NCBI RefSeq assembly: GCF_025526975.1
Contig: NW_026515697.1
Location: 372,001-399,099, forward strand
Length of the DNA stretch: 27,099 nucleotides
Source of the DNA: Fimicolochytrium jonesii
Taxonomy: Eukaryota
Direction: 5' to 3'
Below, piece after piece: positions 8,764 through 19,176 of this stretch. Every line of letters starts with the position of its first letter. The first letter of the stretch is position 1. The notes beneath the pieces were generated by a model. It was not told the origin of the DNA and did no database searches. It saw nothing but the letters and a program-made list of their open reading frames with translations. The position numbers were made by a program, and so were the translations under genes.

Positions 8764-9762
8764 ATGTTCCAACCCGAATCCGTACCTTTCACCGCCAAGC
8801 AATGGAACGATATGTGCCAAGCCATCGCCGCCTTGCAAAGCCAAAACGCCAACTTGCAGGCCAACCTAGCGCAAGCCCAAGCCGACGCTCAAGCTGCCCA
8901 GAGCATCGCCGCCCAGGTTCAAGCCGATACGTACACCCGTCCCCAAGTCGCCAACCCTGCTCTGGAGCCAAGAATCAGCTTGCCCGAGAAGTTTGATGGT
9001 ACCCGCAGCAAATTCCGTGGGTGGTTGAACAACATCCGGTTGATGTTTGCTCTCCAGCCCGACCGCTACCCCAGCGACATCATCAAGATCCAAACTATTG
9101 GCACCTACCTCACCAGCACTGCGCAAGCCTGGATGGCGCCCCTAGTCGAACGCCAAGATCACAGCCTTCAGGACTTCAATAGTTTTATCAGTCAGATGCA
9201 ATCGGTCTTCGGAGACAGCGACAGGGTCCGCACCTCTGAAAACAAGCTCCAGAACCTTCGCCAAACCCGTGCAGCAACCGAGTACGTCGCTGAGTTCCGC
9301 CAGCTACAATGCGATGTCTCCTGGAACGACCAGGCCCTGATTGCTACCTTCCGCCGTGGCCTCAAAGAAGACGTCAAAGACCTGATGCTCACAATGCCCC
9401 CTGCGGCCACCATTGATGTGGTGATGGAGCAGGCTATCCAGTGCGATGACCGGCTGTTTGAGCGCCGCCTGGAGCGAAACAGAAGCCGCCAGACCTTCCC
9501 GGTTCCCCACACCTTGTTTACTACTACCACCACTGTCGACCACAGCGAGCCTATGCAGATTGACGCCGCTCGTCCCCGCGGCCCTCTGAGCCCTCAGGAA
9601 CGCCAACGCCGCATTTCCGACAACCTCTGCCTTTACTGCGGCGGCGCGGGGCACATTGCAAAAGTCTGCCCCGTCAAGAACAAGACCACCACCCGTGCCG
9701 CCAACGTCGACATCAAAGAACCCTCCACCGAACAGGGTTTTCCCAAAGTCCAGCCGCAGTAA
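8764..9762 (+). CDS. gag: Retrotransposon Gag (capsid domain + CCHC zinc knuckle)
   Basis: Intact 332-aa ORF. Motifs: PRISLPEKFDG, LQNLRQ..EYVAEFRQL, FRRGLKEDVK, EPMQID and CLYCGGAGHIAKVC. Confidence 0.93.
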   Translation: MFQPESVPFTAKQWNDMCQAIAALQSQNANLQANLAQAQADAQAAQSIAAQVQADTYTRPQVANPALEPRISLPEKFDGTRSKFRGWLNNIRLMFALQPDRYPSDIIKIQTIGTYLTSTAQAWMAPLVERQDHSLQDFNSFISQMQSVFGDSDRVRTSENKLQNLRQTRAATEYVAEFRQLQCDVSWNDQALIATFRRGLKEDVKDLMLTMPPAATIDVVMEQAIQCDDRLFERRLERNRSRQTFPVPHTLFTTTTTVDHSEPMQIDAARPRGPLSPQERQRRISDNLCLYCGGAGHIAKVCPVKNKTTTRAANVDIKEPSTEQGFPKVQPQ

Positions 9763-9779
9763 AGCCCCAGCGACTGGAC
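9735..9779 (+). promoter_or_regulatory. -1 programmed ribosomal frameshift signal (G GGT TTT + stem-loop)
   Basis: The heptamer at 9735-9741 is in X XXY YYZ register with the gag frame. A 6-nt spacer precedes the stem 9748-9757/9770-9779 (9 of 10 paired). The -1 frame is open from here into the protease. Confidence 0.75.
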
Positions 9780-12700
9780 AACACACACCGCCCCGGGCCT
9801 CCTAACCTCGCAGCTCCTGCAACGGGAGAGGCCACCCCCCTGGTTCCCGACTCCGTTATAGCCGACACAACCCTCCTAGCCGCTGCCCATGTCGAAAACT
9901 CCGAAATTAACCCCCGCGCCGTGCTTGCGCTGGGTCCCGTCGAACCCTTCAACTACCCCGTTACCATCATGGTATCATCCAGCCGCGCCCCGATACCTAC
10001 CTCAGCCATGATGGACAACGGTGCCCTGTCCTGCTTCATCGAAAGAGACTTTGCCCGCAAACACCGCATCGCCCTAGTCCCGCATCAGCGTCCACTGACG
10101 ATCGAACTCGTTGACGGTCAACCCAGCTCTGCTGGGCCAATCACCCATCACACCCTAGGCATGTGGGTCGACGACCACTTCGAAGAACTCTTCTCCCATG
10201 TCACCAAATCACCCCATGCTCCAATCCTCCTTGGTCTCCCCTGGCTCCGCCTCCACGACATTAACCTTGACTTCAAGAACCTTTCGGTCGGTTTCCGTTG
10301 CGACTGTCAGTACCATGAATTCGCGAATTGGGACAACTCTCCAGCACCCCCGAGCCCAGCACCCGCCAGAACCCCCGAGCCCTTGATCCGCATCCCCCAG
10401 GATGAAGTCCCCGTCAACGAAACATGGTCGATTCCAGTACCCAAGGTATCTCGCTCCAGCACCCCAGAACCGGCTTCCACGCCGCTCTGAGTATCGTTCA
10501 TCTCCGCCCCAGCCTTCCGCGTCGCGGCAAGGCATGACCAGGTCCTTGTCGCCTACGCCAACCCTGCGAAACCCGATCTCCGGGCCTCGCCTAGCCCCAG
10601 TAACCCCCCGACACCCCAGAAGGACATCAAAGACTTCCTGCCCCCCGAGTATCAAGACTTCGCCGACGTTTTTGAAAAGAGAAATGCTGACACTCTCCCC
10701 AAGCACCAGCCCTACAACTGTCCAATCGATCTGGAAGAAGGCAAGCAGCCACCTTTCGGCCCGATCTACAGCCTCAGCGAACCAGAAATAAAGGCACTCT
10801 GCAAATACCTCGAAGAAAACCTCGCCAAAGGATTCATCAAACCCTCAAAGTCCCCTGCCGGTGCGCCAGTCTTATTCATGAAGAAAAGGGACGGTTCTCT
10901 CCGCCTCTGCGTCGATTATCGAGGCCTGAGCAGCATCACGGTGAAGAATCGCTACCCCCTGCCCCTGATCAACGGTATCATGGATCGTTTGCGCGGCGCC
11001 CGCCGTCTCACCAAGATCAACCTCCGCGGCGCTTATAACCTCTTACGCATGCGCCCGGGCGATGAATGGAAGACCGCCTTCCGCTGCTGCTACGGCCTAT
11101 TCGAATACAATGTCATGCCCTTTGGACTCAGCAATGCTCCTGGCGTCTTCCAGTACCTGATGAACAACATCTTCTGCGACATTCTCGATGTGTTTGTTTT
11201 CGTCTACCTCGACGATATCCTGATATTCTCCAAGAACCCCGAAGATCACCCCAAACATGTCCGCAAAGTCTTGTCCCGCCTCCGACAGCATGGGTTGTAC
11301 GCCAAACCAGAGAAGTGCGAATTCAACCGCGAATCCGTTAAGTTCCTAGGCTTCATCATCTCCGGGAAAGGCATCCAGATGGACCCCAAGAAGATCGCTG
11401 CCATCACGGATTGGGAACCTCCCAAGACTGTCAAAGGCATCCAGCGGTTCCTCGGCTTTGCCAACTTCTATTGCCGATTCACCCAAGGTTATTCCAAGAT
11501 CGCTACCCCGCTCACAGCCCTGACCCGGAAAGACATCCCGTACGCCTGAACACCCGCCGCAAACACCGCCTGCGAGAACCTGAAGAAAGCATTCACCACC
11601 GCCCCCATCCTTGCTCACCCTGACCCAGAGAAGCCCTTCGTCGTCGAAACTGACGCCTCCGACTTCGCTCTTGGCGCAGTTCTCCTCCAACCTGACCAGG
11701 ACAATCAGCTCCACCCCGTGGCCTTCCACTCTCGCAAATTCACGGCCAAAGAGATCCACTACGAGATCTACGACAAGGAACTTCTGGCCATCCAACACTC
11801 CTTTGCCCAGTGGCAACACCACCTCATTGGCGCCCGTCACAAGATCACCTTTACTGCGACCATAAAAACCTTCAGTACTTCATGACCACCCGCACCCTGA
11901 ACCGCCGCCAAGCCCGCTGGTCGATATTCTTCTCGGATTTTGACTTTGTCATTACCTATCGCCCCGGTTCCCAGCAGCACCAAGCCGATGCCCTCTCCCG
12001 ACGCTCCAAACATGAGCTAAAAGAGGGGGAAGAAGCGTTCCGCTCCCAGGCAACCACAATTTTGACTCCCGAACGCCTTCAACTCGCCGTGGCCTACCTC
12101 ACACTCATGGATACCACGCTGCTTGACAAGATTAAGGCCGCGCAGGCCTCTGATCCCCTCGCTAAGACCATTCGCGAAAAGCTCAAGATACCCCTCGCCC
12201 AACGAACCGAGGAAACCCAAGATCGTATCAAGCGGTTCTCAGATGAAGATGGGATCCTGCTGCACGATAACCTGGTCTATGTCCCCACCAACGAGCTCCG
12301 AGCTGAAGTCTGCCACGACATGCACGATACACCCCTAGCCGGCCACTTTGGGATGTCCAAGACGCTCGAACTCGCCTCCCGCAACTACTGGTGGCCCGGC
12401 CAGTGGCGCTTTGTCAAGGCCTACGTCAAGTCCTGCGATACCTGTAGCCAAGCGAAATCCAGTCGACACAAACCATATGGCCTACTCCAGCCCAACAGTA
12501 TCCCTACCCGCCCTTGGGGATCTTGGTCCCTGGACTTTATTCACCGGTCTGCCTCCCGTGGACGGGTACGACTCCATCCTGAACGTCAACTGTCGCCTCA
12601 CCAAGATGGCCCACTCCATCGCCTGCAGCAAGTCAGAATCCGCCGAATCCACCGCCGACCTAGTCTTCCACAACATCATCCGTCTCCACGGGCCTCCCCG

Positions 12701-13593
12701 ACGACGTCATCTCTGTACCGAGGACCCCAGTTTAAGTCCCGGTTCTGGCGTCGACTTCTCGAACTCCTTGGGGCAAAAGCCAACCTCTCCTCGGCCTTCC
12801 ACCCCCAGAGCGATGGCCAGACGGAACGCACCAACCAGATCCTGGAGCAGTATCTCTGATGCTTTTGCAACCACCAACAGGACAACTGGAAACAGCTTCT
12901 GTCGTCCGCCGAGTTCGCCTACAACAACACCCACCAGTCCGCCTCCCAGACCACCCCCTTCTACGCCAACAAGGGTCTCCACCCCCGCTTCAGTTTCGCG
13001 GCCTCTGCTACCTCCGAATCCGTCAACCCCTGCCGCTGAAGCCCGCGCTAAACAAATCAGGGAAGTCCATGAACAGCTCGCCCTCGAGCTCAAGGAAGCC
13101 CAAGATCAAATGAAGCGCTACGCCGACGCTAAACAAATTCCTGGACCGGACTTCAAGCCTGGCGACCACGTCTGGCTCCTCCGCAAAAACCTCCAGACAA
13201 CCCGGCCCTCTCAGAAACTCGACCATCGCAAGATTGGGCCATTCCCCATCGTTGAAAAAATCAATCCCGTCGCCTACCGGCTCAAGCTCCCGCCTATGTA
13301 CAAAATCCACGATGTCTTCCATGTCTCGCTCCTCGAACCCCGCTTCACCATCCCCGAACGACACGAACCCGAACCCGCGCCCCCAGAGACCGTTGAGGGT
13401 CAAGAAGAGTGGGTTGTCGAAGCCATCCCTTGACTCTCGCATCCATTGTCGTCGCCTTCAGTACTTGGTCAAATGGCAGGGCTGGCCTGACTCCGAGAAC
13501 ACCTGGGAGCCCGTGGAACACCTCACCCATACCGACGCACTCCCCAGGACCTCCACAGCGCATACCCCAACAAGCCTTCCTCTGTCCCTGTAG
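9735..13593 (+). pseudogene. pol: Disrupted pol: protease, RT, RNase H, integrase, chromodomain
   Basis: Protease AMMDNGA (D-S/T-G site altered); [31 protein letters not shown]; RNase [21 protein letters not shown]; integrase HDTPLAGH..CDTC, HPQSDGQTER, KIGPF; chromodomain QYLVKWQGWPDSENTWEP. In-frame TGA stops at 10488, 11547 and 12857, plus several frameshifts (near 11840, 12540, 12700, 13000, 13430). Confidence 0.93.
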
Positions 13594-13641
13594 CACCTCC
13601 TCTGCGGCCACACCAAACTCGACGCCGCCGCCGCCGCCGCT

Positions 13642-13652
13642 AAAGAGAGGGG
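13642..13652 (+). promoter_or_regulatory. Polypurine tract
   Basis: AAAGAGAGGGG ends 3 nt before the 3' LTR start TGTTATG. Confidence 0.85.
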
Positions 13653-13655
13653 TGA

Positions 13656-13911
13656 TGTTATGGACGACGCGCCCATACCATAAGCTTACCTACTGACAGC
13701 CGCCAAATGTCAACCGCCAAATGTCAAACGCCAATATCAATGTCAATGTCAGTGTCAATGTCAGTGTCAATGTCAATGTCAATGCCACTCCCCCTCTCTC
13801 CTCCCATTTCGCCAATCCTCTTGCAATATCGCCACTCCTCCTCTCTCCTCTCACTTCGCCAATCCCCCCTCGGCTTTTCCACACCCCCCACTACTTCCCC
13901 ATAGCCAGCAG
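13656..13911 (+). repeat. 3' LTR, truncated (256 of 541 bp)
   Basis: Matches 8154-8409, then switches to (GGGTTA)n at ...CCAGC-AG-GGTTAGGG. Confidence 0.95.
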
Positions 13912-14079
13912 GGTTAGGGTTAGGGTTAGGGTTAGGGTTAGGGTTAGGGTTAGGGTTAGGGTTAGGGTTTGGGTTAGGGTTAGGGTTAGGGTTAGGGTTA
14001 GGGTTAGGGTTAGGGTTAGGGTTAGGGTTAGGGTTAGGGTTAGGGTTAGGGTTAGGGTTAGGGTTAGGGTTTAGGGTTA
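13910..14079 (+). repeat. Innermost TTAGGG tract (170 nt; TTTGGG and TTTAGGG variants)
   Basis: Read directly from the sequence. Confidence 0.98.
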
Positions 14080-14529
14080 CAGGACTGTTCCCGGTTATGG
14101 GTTATTTTTGGCCATCCAAAAAGTGTCATATAAAGTTGCTAGCAATGTTCAGGGGCATCTTACTGTAATGTGCTTCAAGTTTTGGGGCATGTTTTCCACT
14201 CAATGCCCCGGGAAAATCTGTTTTTCCGATTTTTGACTATGAAAATATTGCCAAAATGCATTTTCTGAAACTCTGAGTGGATGGATTTCGCTTAAAGTGG
14301 AATATGTCTCAGAAAACATCCCCAAAAACATCTAGGAACCTTCATCTACTCTAGTATTCATCAACTCCTGGCACTTTTTGTTTCCAGGCAATATGGGGGT
14401 GTTCTCCAGTTGGTGGCGAATGACTCATTTTGGTTTGCTCTCAATTTGCTACATGTTCAAATCCTTTTGAGGCCCAAATACTTTCTTTTCTTCCACTGCT
14501 CCTCCTGATGGTGGAGGAATGCAAATGCC
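14080..14529. mobile_element. Telomere-embedded cassette A, copy 1 (450 bp, non-coding), followed by a 51-nt TTAGGG spacer
   Basis: Starts CAGGACTGTTCCCGG and ends AAATGCC|TTAGGG. Colinear with the first 450 bp of cassette B. Confidence 0.85.
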
Positions 14530-14580
14530 TTAGGGTTAGGGTTAGGGTTAGGGTTAGGGTTAGGGTTAGGGTTAGGGTTA

Positions 14581-16754
14581 CAGGACTGTTCCGGGTTATG
14601 GGTTATTTTTGGTGGTCCGGAAAGTGTCAAAAATAGGTGCTAGCAATGTTCAGGGGCGTCTTACTGTACTGTACATAAAATTGTGGGGCATGTTTTCCAC
14701 TCAATGCTCCCGGAAAATCCGTTTTTCAGATTTTTTACTATGAAAATGTGACCAAAACGCATTTTCTGAAGCTCTGAGTGGATGGAATTTGCTTGAAGTG
14801 GAATATGTCTCAGAAAACATCCCCAAAAACATCTAGGAACCTTCATCTACTCTAGTATTCATCAACTCCTGGCACTTTTTGTTTCCAGGCAATATGGGGG
14901 TGTTCTCCAGTTGGTGGCGAATGGCTCATTTTGGTTTGCTCTCAATTTGCTACATGTTCAAATCCTTTTGAGGCCCAAATACTTTCTTTTCTTCCACTGC
15001 TCCTCCTGATGGTGGAGGATGGCAAATGCCTTTTTGCATTGCAATACATGGATATGACAGGGTGTTTGTCAACCAGCAAATCATGCAAAAAGCATGCAGT
15101 GCATGTCCGTTTGCATGCACTATGTCATCCGCACCACCTTGGACACCTGAGGAAAGTTGTGCGGATTTGAAAGATAATATAGTTACGGAAGTGGAACCAG
15201 GGAGATTCAATGACTATTGAAGGAGCTATGGCACACGTAAGTCCCCAGGGGTGGGACTTAGAGAATTTTCAAAGATTTTGGTGACTCATGGCGCAGGTTT
15301 GATTCTCAGAGGGGGCCAGGCCTTCTTTTCTTTTTTTCCTCCTTCAAAATGTCTTTAAATACGTCTAGCATTGCTTGACAGTGTCAGGAAACAATCAAAA
15401 AGCTGAGAAGTGCAGGTAAAAAGTGTTTTTGGCCGATCTACAAGCAAAACATGCGAAAAACCGGCGGTGCGTGTCCATTCGCATGCACTACATCATCCGT
15501 TCCACCTTGGCCATCCAAGGCAATGGTGCGGATTCAAAAGATAGTATAGGTACGGAAGGGAAACCAGGGAGATTCAATCACTATTGACAGAGCTATGGCA
15601 CCCGCAAGCTCCAATGGGTGGGACTTAGAGAATTTTCGAAAATTTTGCATTTTGCGCCGTCTGGTTGACCTGACCAAACACAGGTAACATTCTACCGACA
15701 GACATTGGCATAGTGGCAAGTGCTAATGTTATCTGAACTAGTGCCCCAAGTTCCAACCCCGGTTTTGCTGGGGATACTTTTTTTTTTCTTTTTCCCGCGC
15801 CACCCGAAACACGATGTGGGCGTAACGAAAGTTGTAGCCAGATATATGTTCTCATAGTTAAAGTCATCTCAGATGTGCAATTAAGCTGTAAACGGCTGCA
15901 GAAAATGCAAAAAACAAAATAGGATTGACGCTTTTCTCAAAATCCAACACCACCTGGAATGCATTAAAGCCAGTCCATACACATGTCCTTTACCTAGGAA
16001 CCCCCTACAGATGAATTCCCATAGTCCCCGGACACCCATAGCGCACTCTATACAACTCTACTATGCACGCATACTGGTTAGGGTTAGCCTGCGCCCTATC
16101 TGGCGAATACGTTTTCAATGCATTTCATCGATGGCAAATAGCGCAGTTGCATAAGATACTCAATTCACAACCGAGGGTGCATGGTTCAAACCTTGCGTTC
16201 GACACAACAACAGAGGGATTTTTCCGGGGGCAAAATAAATATCACCATGCACCCATATCAATACGATGTGGACTGGATGGCGGTTACGATCAGTTTAACT
16301 GATCTTAACCAGCTGTTCGATAGGTCCACCATTGTCCAAATGGCGGGCGCTCGTCCGCCGTTCAAGGATGACCCATTCTATAAGGAATGGATTACGGTTG
16401 TGAGCCAACCGTTCATACTGAGCATCCCGCCGAGTCGGGGTGTTAGAGAGGGGATCATTGAGGGATTATATAGGGACCATGGAATAATTGTGCGGGGGAG
16501 TGACAGCCCTAATAGCACGATTCAGGGCAGACAGCATGTGGCGTTGGATACCCTGATTGGGACCTTGTCGGAATGCGTTGAAGGGGGAATGGTTAGGATA
16601 GTGCAGTACGGGATGAAGGCTTACTGGGAGACCATGGCAGCGAAGGATGCGGTCTACGAGAGTTCAGGGGGCCGGTCGAATACCTTCGACATAGGATTGA
16701 TGATCAGGAGCATGGATATCCCGGTGCTGAGGGGACGAGATGAGGCAGGGGATG
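14581..16754. mobile_element. Telomere-embedded cassette B, copy 1 (2174 bp), followed by a 49-nt tract
   Basis: Starts CAGGACTGTTCCGGG and ends GGGGATG|AGGGTTAGGG. Repeated at offsets 2223, 5598 and 8651 with identical ORF tracks. Confidence 0.85.
15075..15647 (+). repeat. Two diverged ~205-bp direct repeats inside cassette B (15075-15280, 15443-15647); present in all B copies
   Basis: Shared blocks include GCATGCACTA, CCACCTTGG, ACCAGGGAGATTCAAT and GGGTGGGACTTAGAGAATTTTC. Confidence 0.85.
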
Positions 16755-16762
16755 AGGGTTAG
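16181..16762 (+). CDS. Cassette B ORF (193 aa, unknown function); stop codon supplied by the telomere tract
   Basis: ATG-initiated ORF with globular-protein-like composition. It ends at the TAG of the first TTAGGG. No motif recognised. Confidence 0.45.
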   Translation: MVQTLRSTQQQRDFSGGKINITMHPYQYDVDWMAVTISLTDLNQLFDRSTIVQMAGARPPFKDDPFYKEWITVVSQPFILSIPPSRGVREGIIEGLYRDHGIIVRGSDSPNSTIQGRQHVALDTLIGTLSECVEGGMVRIVQYGMKAYWETMAAKDAVYESSGGRSNTFDIGLMIRSMDIPVLRGRDEAGDEG

Positions 16763-16803
16763 GGTTAGGGTTAGGGTTAGGGTTAGGGTTAGGGTTAGGG
16801 TTA

Positions 16804-18977
16804 CAGGACTGTTCCGGGTTATGGGTTATTTTTGGTGGTCCGGAAAGTGTCAAAAATAGGTGCTAGCAATGTTCAGGGGCGTCTTACTGTACTGTACATA
16901 AAATTGTGGGGCATGTTTTCCACTCAATGCTCCCGGAAAATCCGTTTTTCAGATTTTTTACTATGAAAATGTGACCAAAACGCATTTTCTGAAGCTCTGA
17001 GTGGATGGAATTTGCTTGAAGTGGAATATGTCTCAGAAAACATCCCCAAAAACATCTAGGAACCTTCATCTACTCTAGTATTCATCAACTCCTGGCACTT
17101 TTTGTTTCCAGGCAATATGGGGGTGTTCTCCAGTTGGTGGCGAATGGCTCATTTTGGTTTGCTCTCAATTTGCTACATGTTCAAATCCTTTTGAGGCCCA
17201 AATACTTTCTTTTCTTCCACTGCTCCTCCTGATGGTGGAGGATGGCAAATGCCTTTTTGCATTGCAATACATGGATATGACAGGGTGTTTGTCAACCAGC
17301 AAATCATGCAAAAAGCATGCAGTGCATGTCCGTTTGCATGCACTATGTCATCCGCACCACCTTGGACACCTGAGGAAAGTTGTGCGGATTTGAAAGATAA
17401 TATAGTTACGGAAGTGGAACCAGGGAGATTCAATGACTATTGAAGGAGCTATGGCACACGTAAGTCCCCAGGGGTGGGACTTAGAGAATTTTCAAAGATT
17501 TTGGTGACTCATGGCGCAGGTTTGATTCTCAGAGGGGGCCAGGCCTTCTTTTCTTTTTTTCCTCCTTCAAAATGTCTTTAAATACGTCTAGCATTGCTTG
17601 ACAGTGTCAGGAAACAATCAAAAAGCTGAGAAGTGCAGGTAAAAAGTGTTTTTGGCCGATCTACAAGCAAAACATGCGAAAAACCGGCGGTGCGTGTCCA
17701 TTCGCATGCACTACATCATCCGTTCCACCTTGGCCATCCAAGGCAATGGTGCGGATTCAAAAGATAGTATAGGTACGGAAGGGAAACCAGGGAGATTCAA
17801 TCACTATTGACAGAGCTATGGCACCCGCAAGCTCCAATGGGTGGGACTTAGAGAATTTTCGAAAATTTTGCATTTTGCGCCGTCTGGTTGACCTGACCAA
17901 ACACAGGTAACATTCTACCGACAGACATTGGCATAGTGGCAAGTGCTAATGTTATCTGAACTAGTGCCCCAAGTTCCAACCCCGGTTTTGCTGGGGATAC
18001 TTTTTTTTTTCTTTTTCCCGCGCCACCCGAAACACGATGTGGGCGTAACGAAAGTTGTAGCCAGATATATGTTCTCATAGTTAAAGTCATCTCAGATGTG
18101 CAATTAAGCTGTAAACGGCTGCAGAAAATGCAAAAAACAAAATAGGATTGACGCTTTTCTCAAAATCCAACACCACCTGGAATGCATTAAAGCCAGTCCA
18201 TACACATGTCCTTTACCTAGGAACCCCCTACAGATGAATTCCCATAGTCCCCGGACACCCATAGCGCACTCTATACAACTCTACTATGCACGCATACTGG
18301 TTAGGGTTAGCCTGCGCCCTATCTGGCGAATACGTTTTCAATGCATTTCATCGATGGCAAATAGCGCAGTTGCATAAGATACTCAATTCACAACCGAGGG
18401 TGCATGGTTCAAACCTTGCGTTCGACACAACAACAGAGGGATTTTTCCGGGGGCAAAATAAATATCACCATGCACCCATATCAATACGATGTGGACTGGA
18501 TGGCGGTTACGATCAGTTTAACTGATCTTAACCAGCTGTTCGATAGGTCCACCATTGTCCAAATGGCGGGCGCTCGTCCGCCGTTCAAGGATGACCCATT
18601 CTATAAGGAATGGATTACGGTTGTGAGCCAACCGTTCATACTGAGCATCCCGCCGAGTCGGGGTGTTAGAGAGGGGATCATTGAGGGATTATATAGGGAC
18701 CATGGAATAATTGTGCGGGGGAGTGACAGCCCTAATAGCACGATTCAGGGCAGACAGCATGTGGCGTTGGATACCCTGATTGGGACCTTGTCGGAATGCG
18801 TTGAAGGGGGAATGGTTAGGATAGTGCAGTACGGGATGAAGGCTTACTGGGAGACCATGGCAGCGAAGGATGCGGTCTACGAGAGTTCAGGGGGCCGGTC
18901 GAATACCTTCGACATAGGATTGATGATCAGGAGCATGGATATCCCGGTGCTGAGGGGACGAGATGAGGCAGGGGATG
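16804..18977. mobile_element. Cassette B, copy 2 (ORF 18404-18985), followed by a 199-nt tract (18978-19176)
   Basis: Same ends, length and ORF translations as copy 1. Confidence 0.85.
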
Positions 18978-19176
18978 AGGGTTAGGGTTAGGGTTAGGGT
19001 TAGGGTTAGGGTTAGGGTTAGGGTTAGGGTTAGGGTTAGGGTTAGGGTTAGGGTTAGGGTTAGGGTTAGGGTTAGGGTTAGGGTTAGGGTTAGGGTTAGG
19101 GTTAGGGTTAGGGTTAGGGTTAGGGTTAGGGTTAGGGTTAGGGTTAGGGTTAGGGTTAGGGTTAGGGTTAGGGTTA

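Larger units (their letters stand above)
8154..13911 (+). mobile_element. Ty3/gypsy chromovirus LTR retrotransposon (Tf1/sushi-like), decayed, with the 3' LTR truncated by telomere repeats
   Basis: Domain order is LTR-gag-PR-RT-RNaseH-IN-chromodomain-PPT-LTR. The two LTR copies align over 256 bp. The TSD cannot be determined because the right end is lost. Confidence 0.97.

Noticed and set aside
15147..15175. Hammerhead-like core CTGAGGA...GAAA in cassette B
   Set aside because: Stems I and III could not be formed, and the core is not conserved in the second copy of the internal repeat. No exact minus-strand CTGANGA core was found in A, B or C by eye.
14430..15867. Short 60-86 aa ORFs in A and the proximal part of B
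   Set aside because: They overlap on both strands in AT-rich sequence, often with non-ATG starts and no motifs. They recur only because the cassettes are duplicated.
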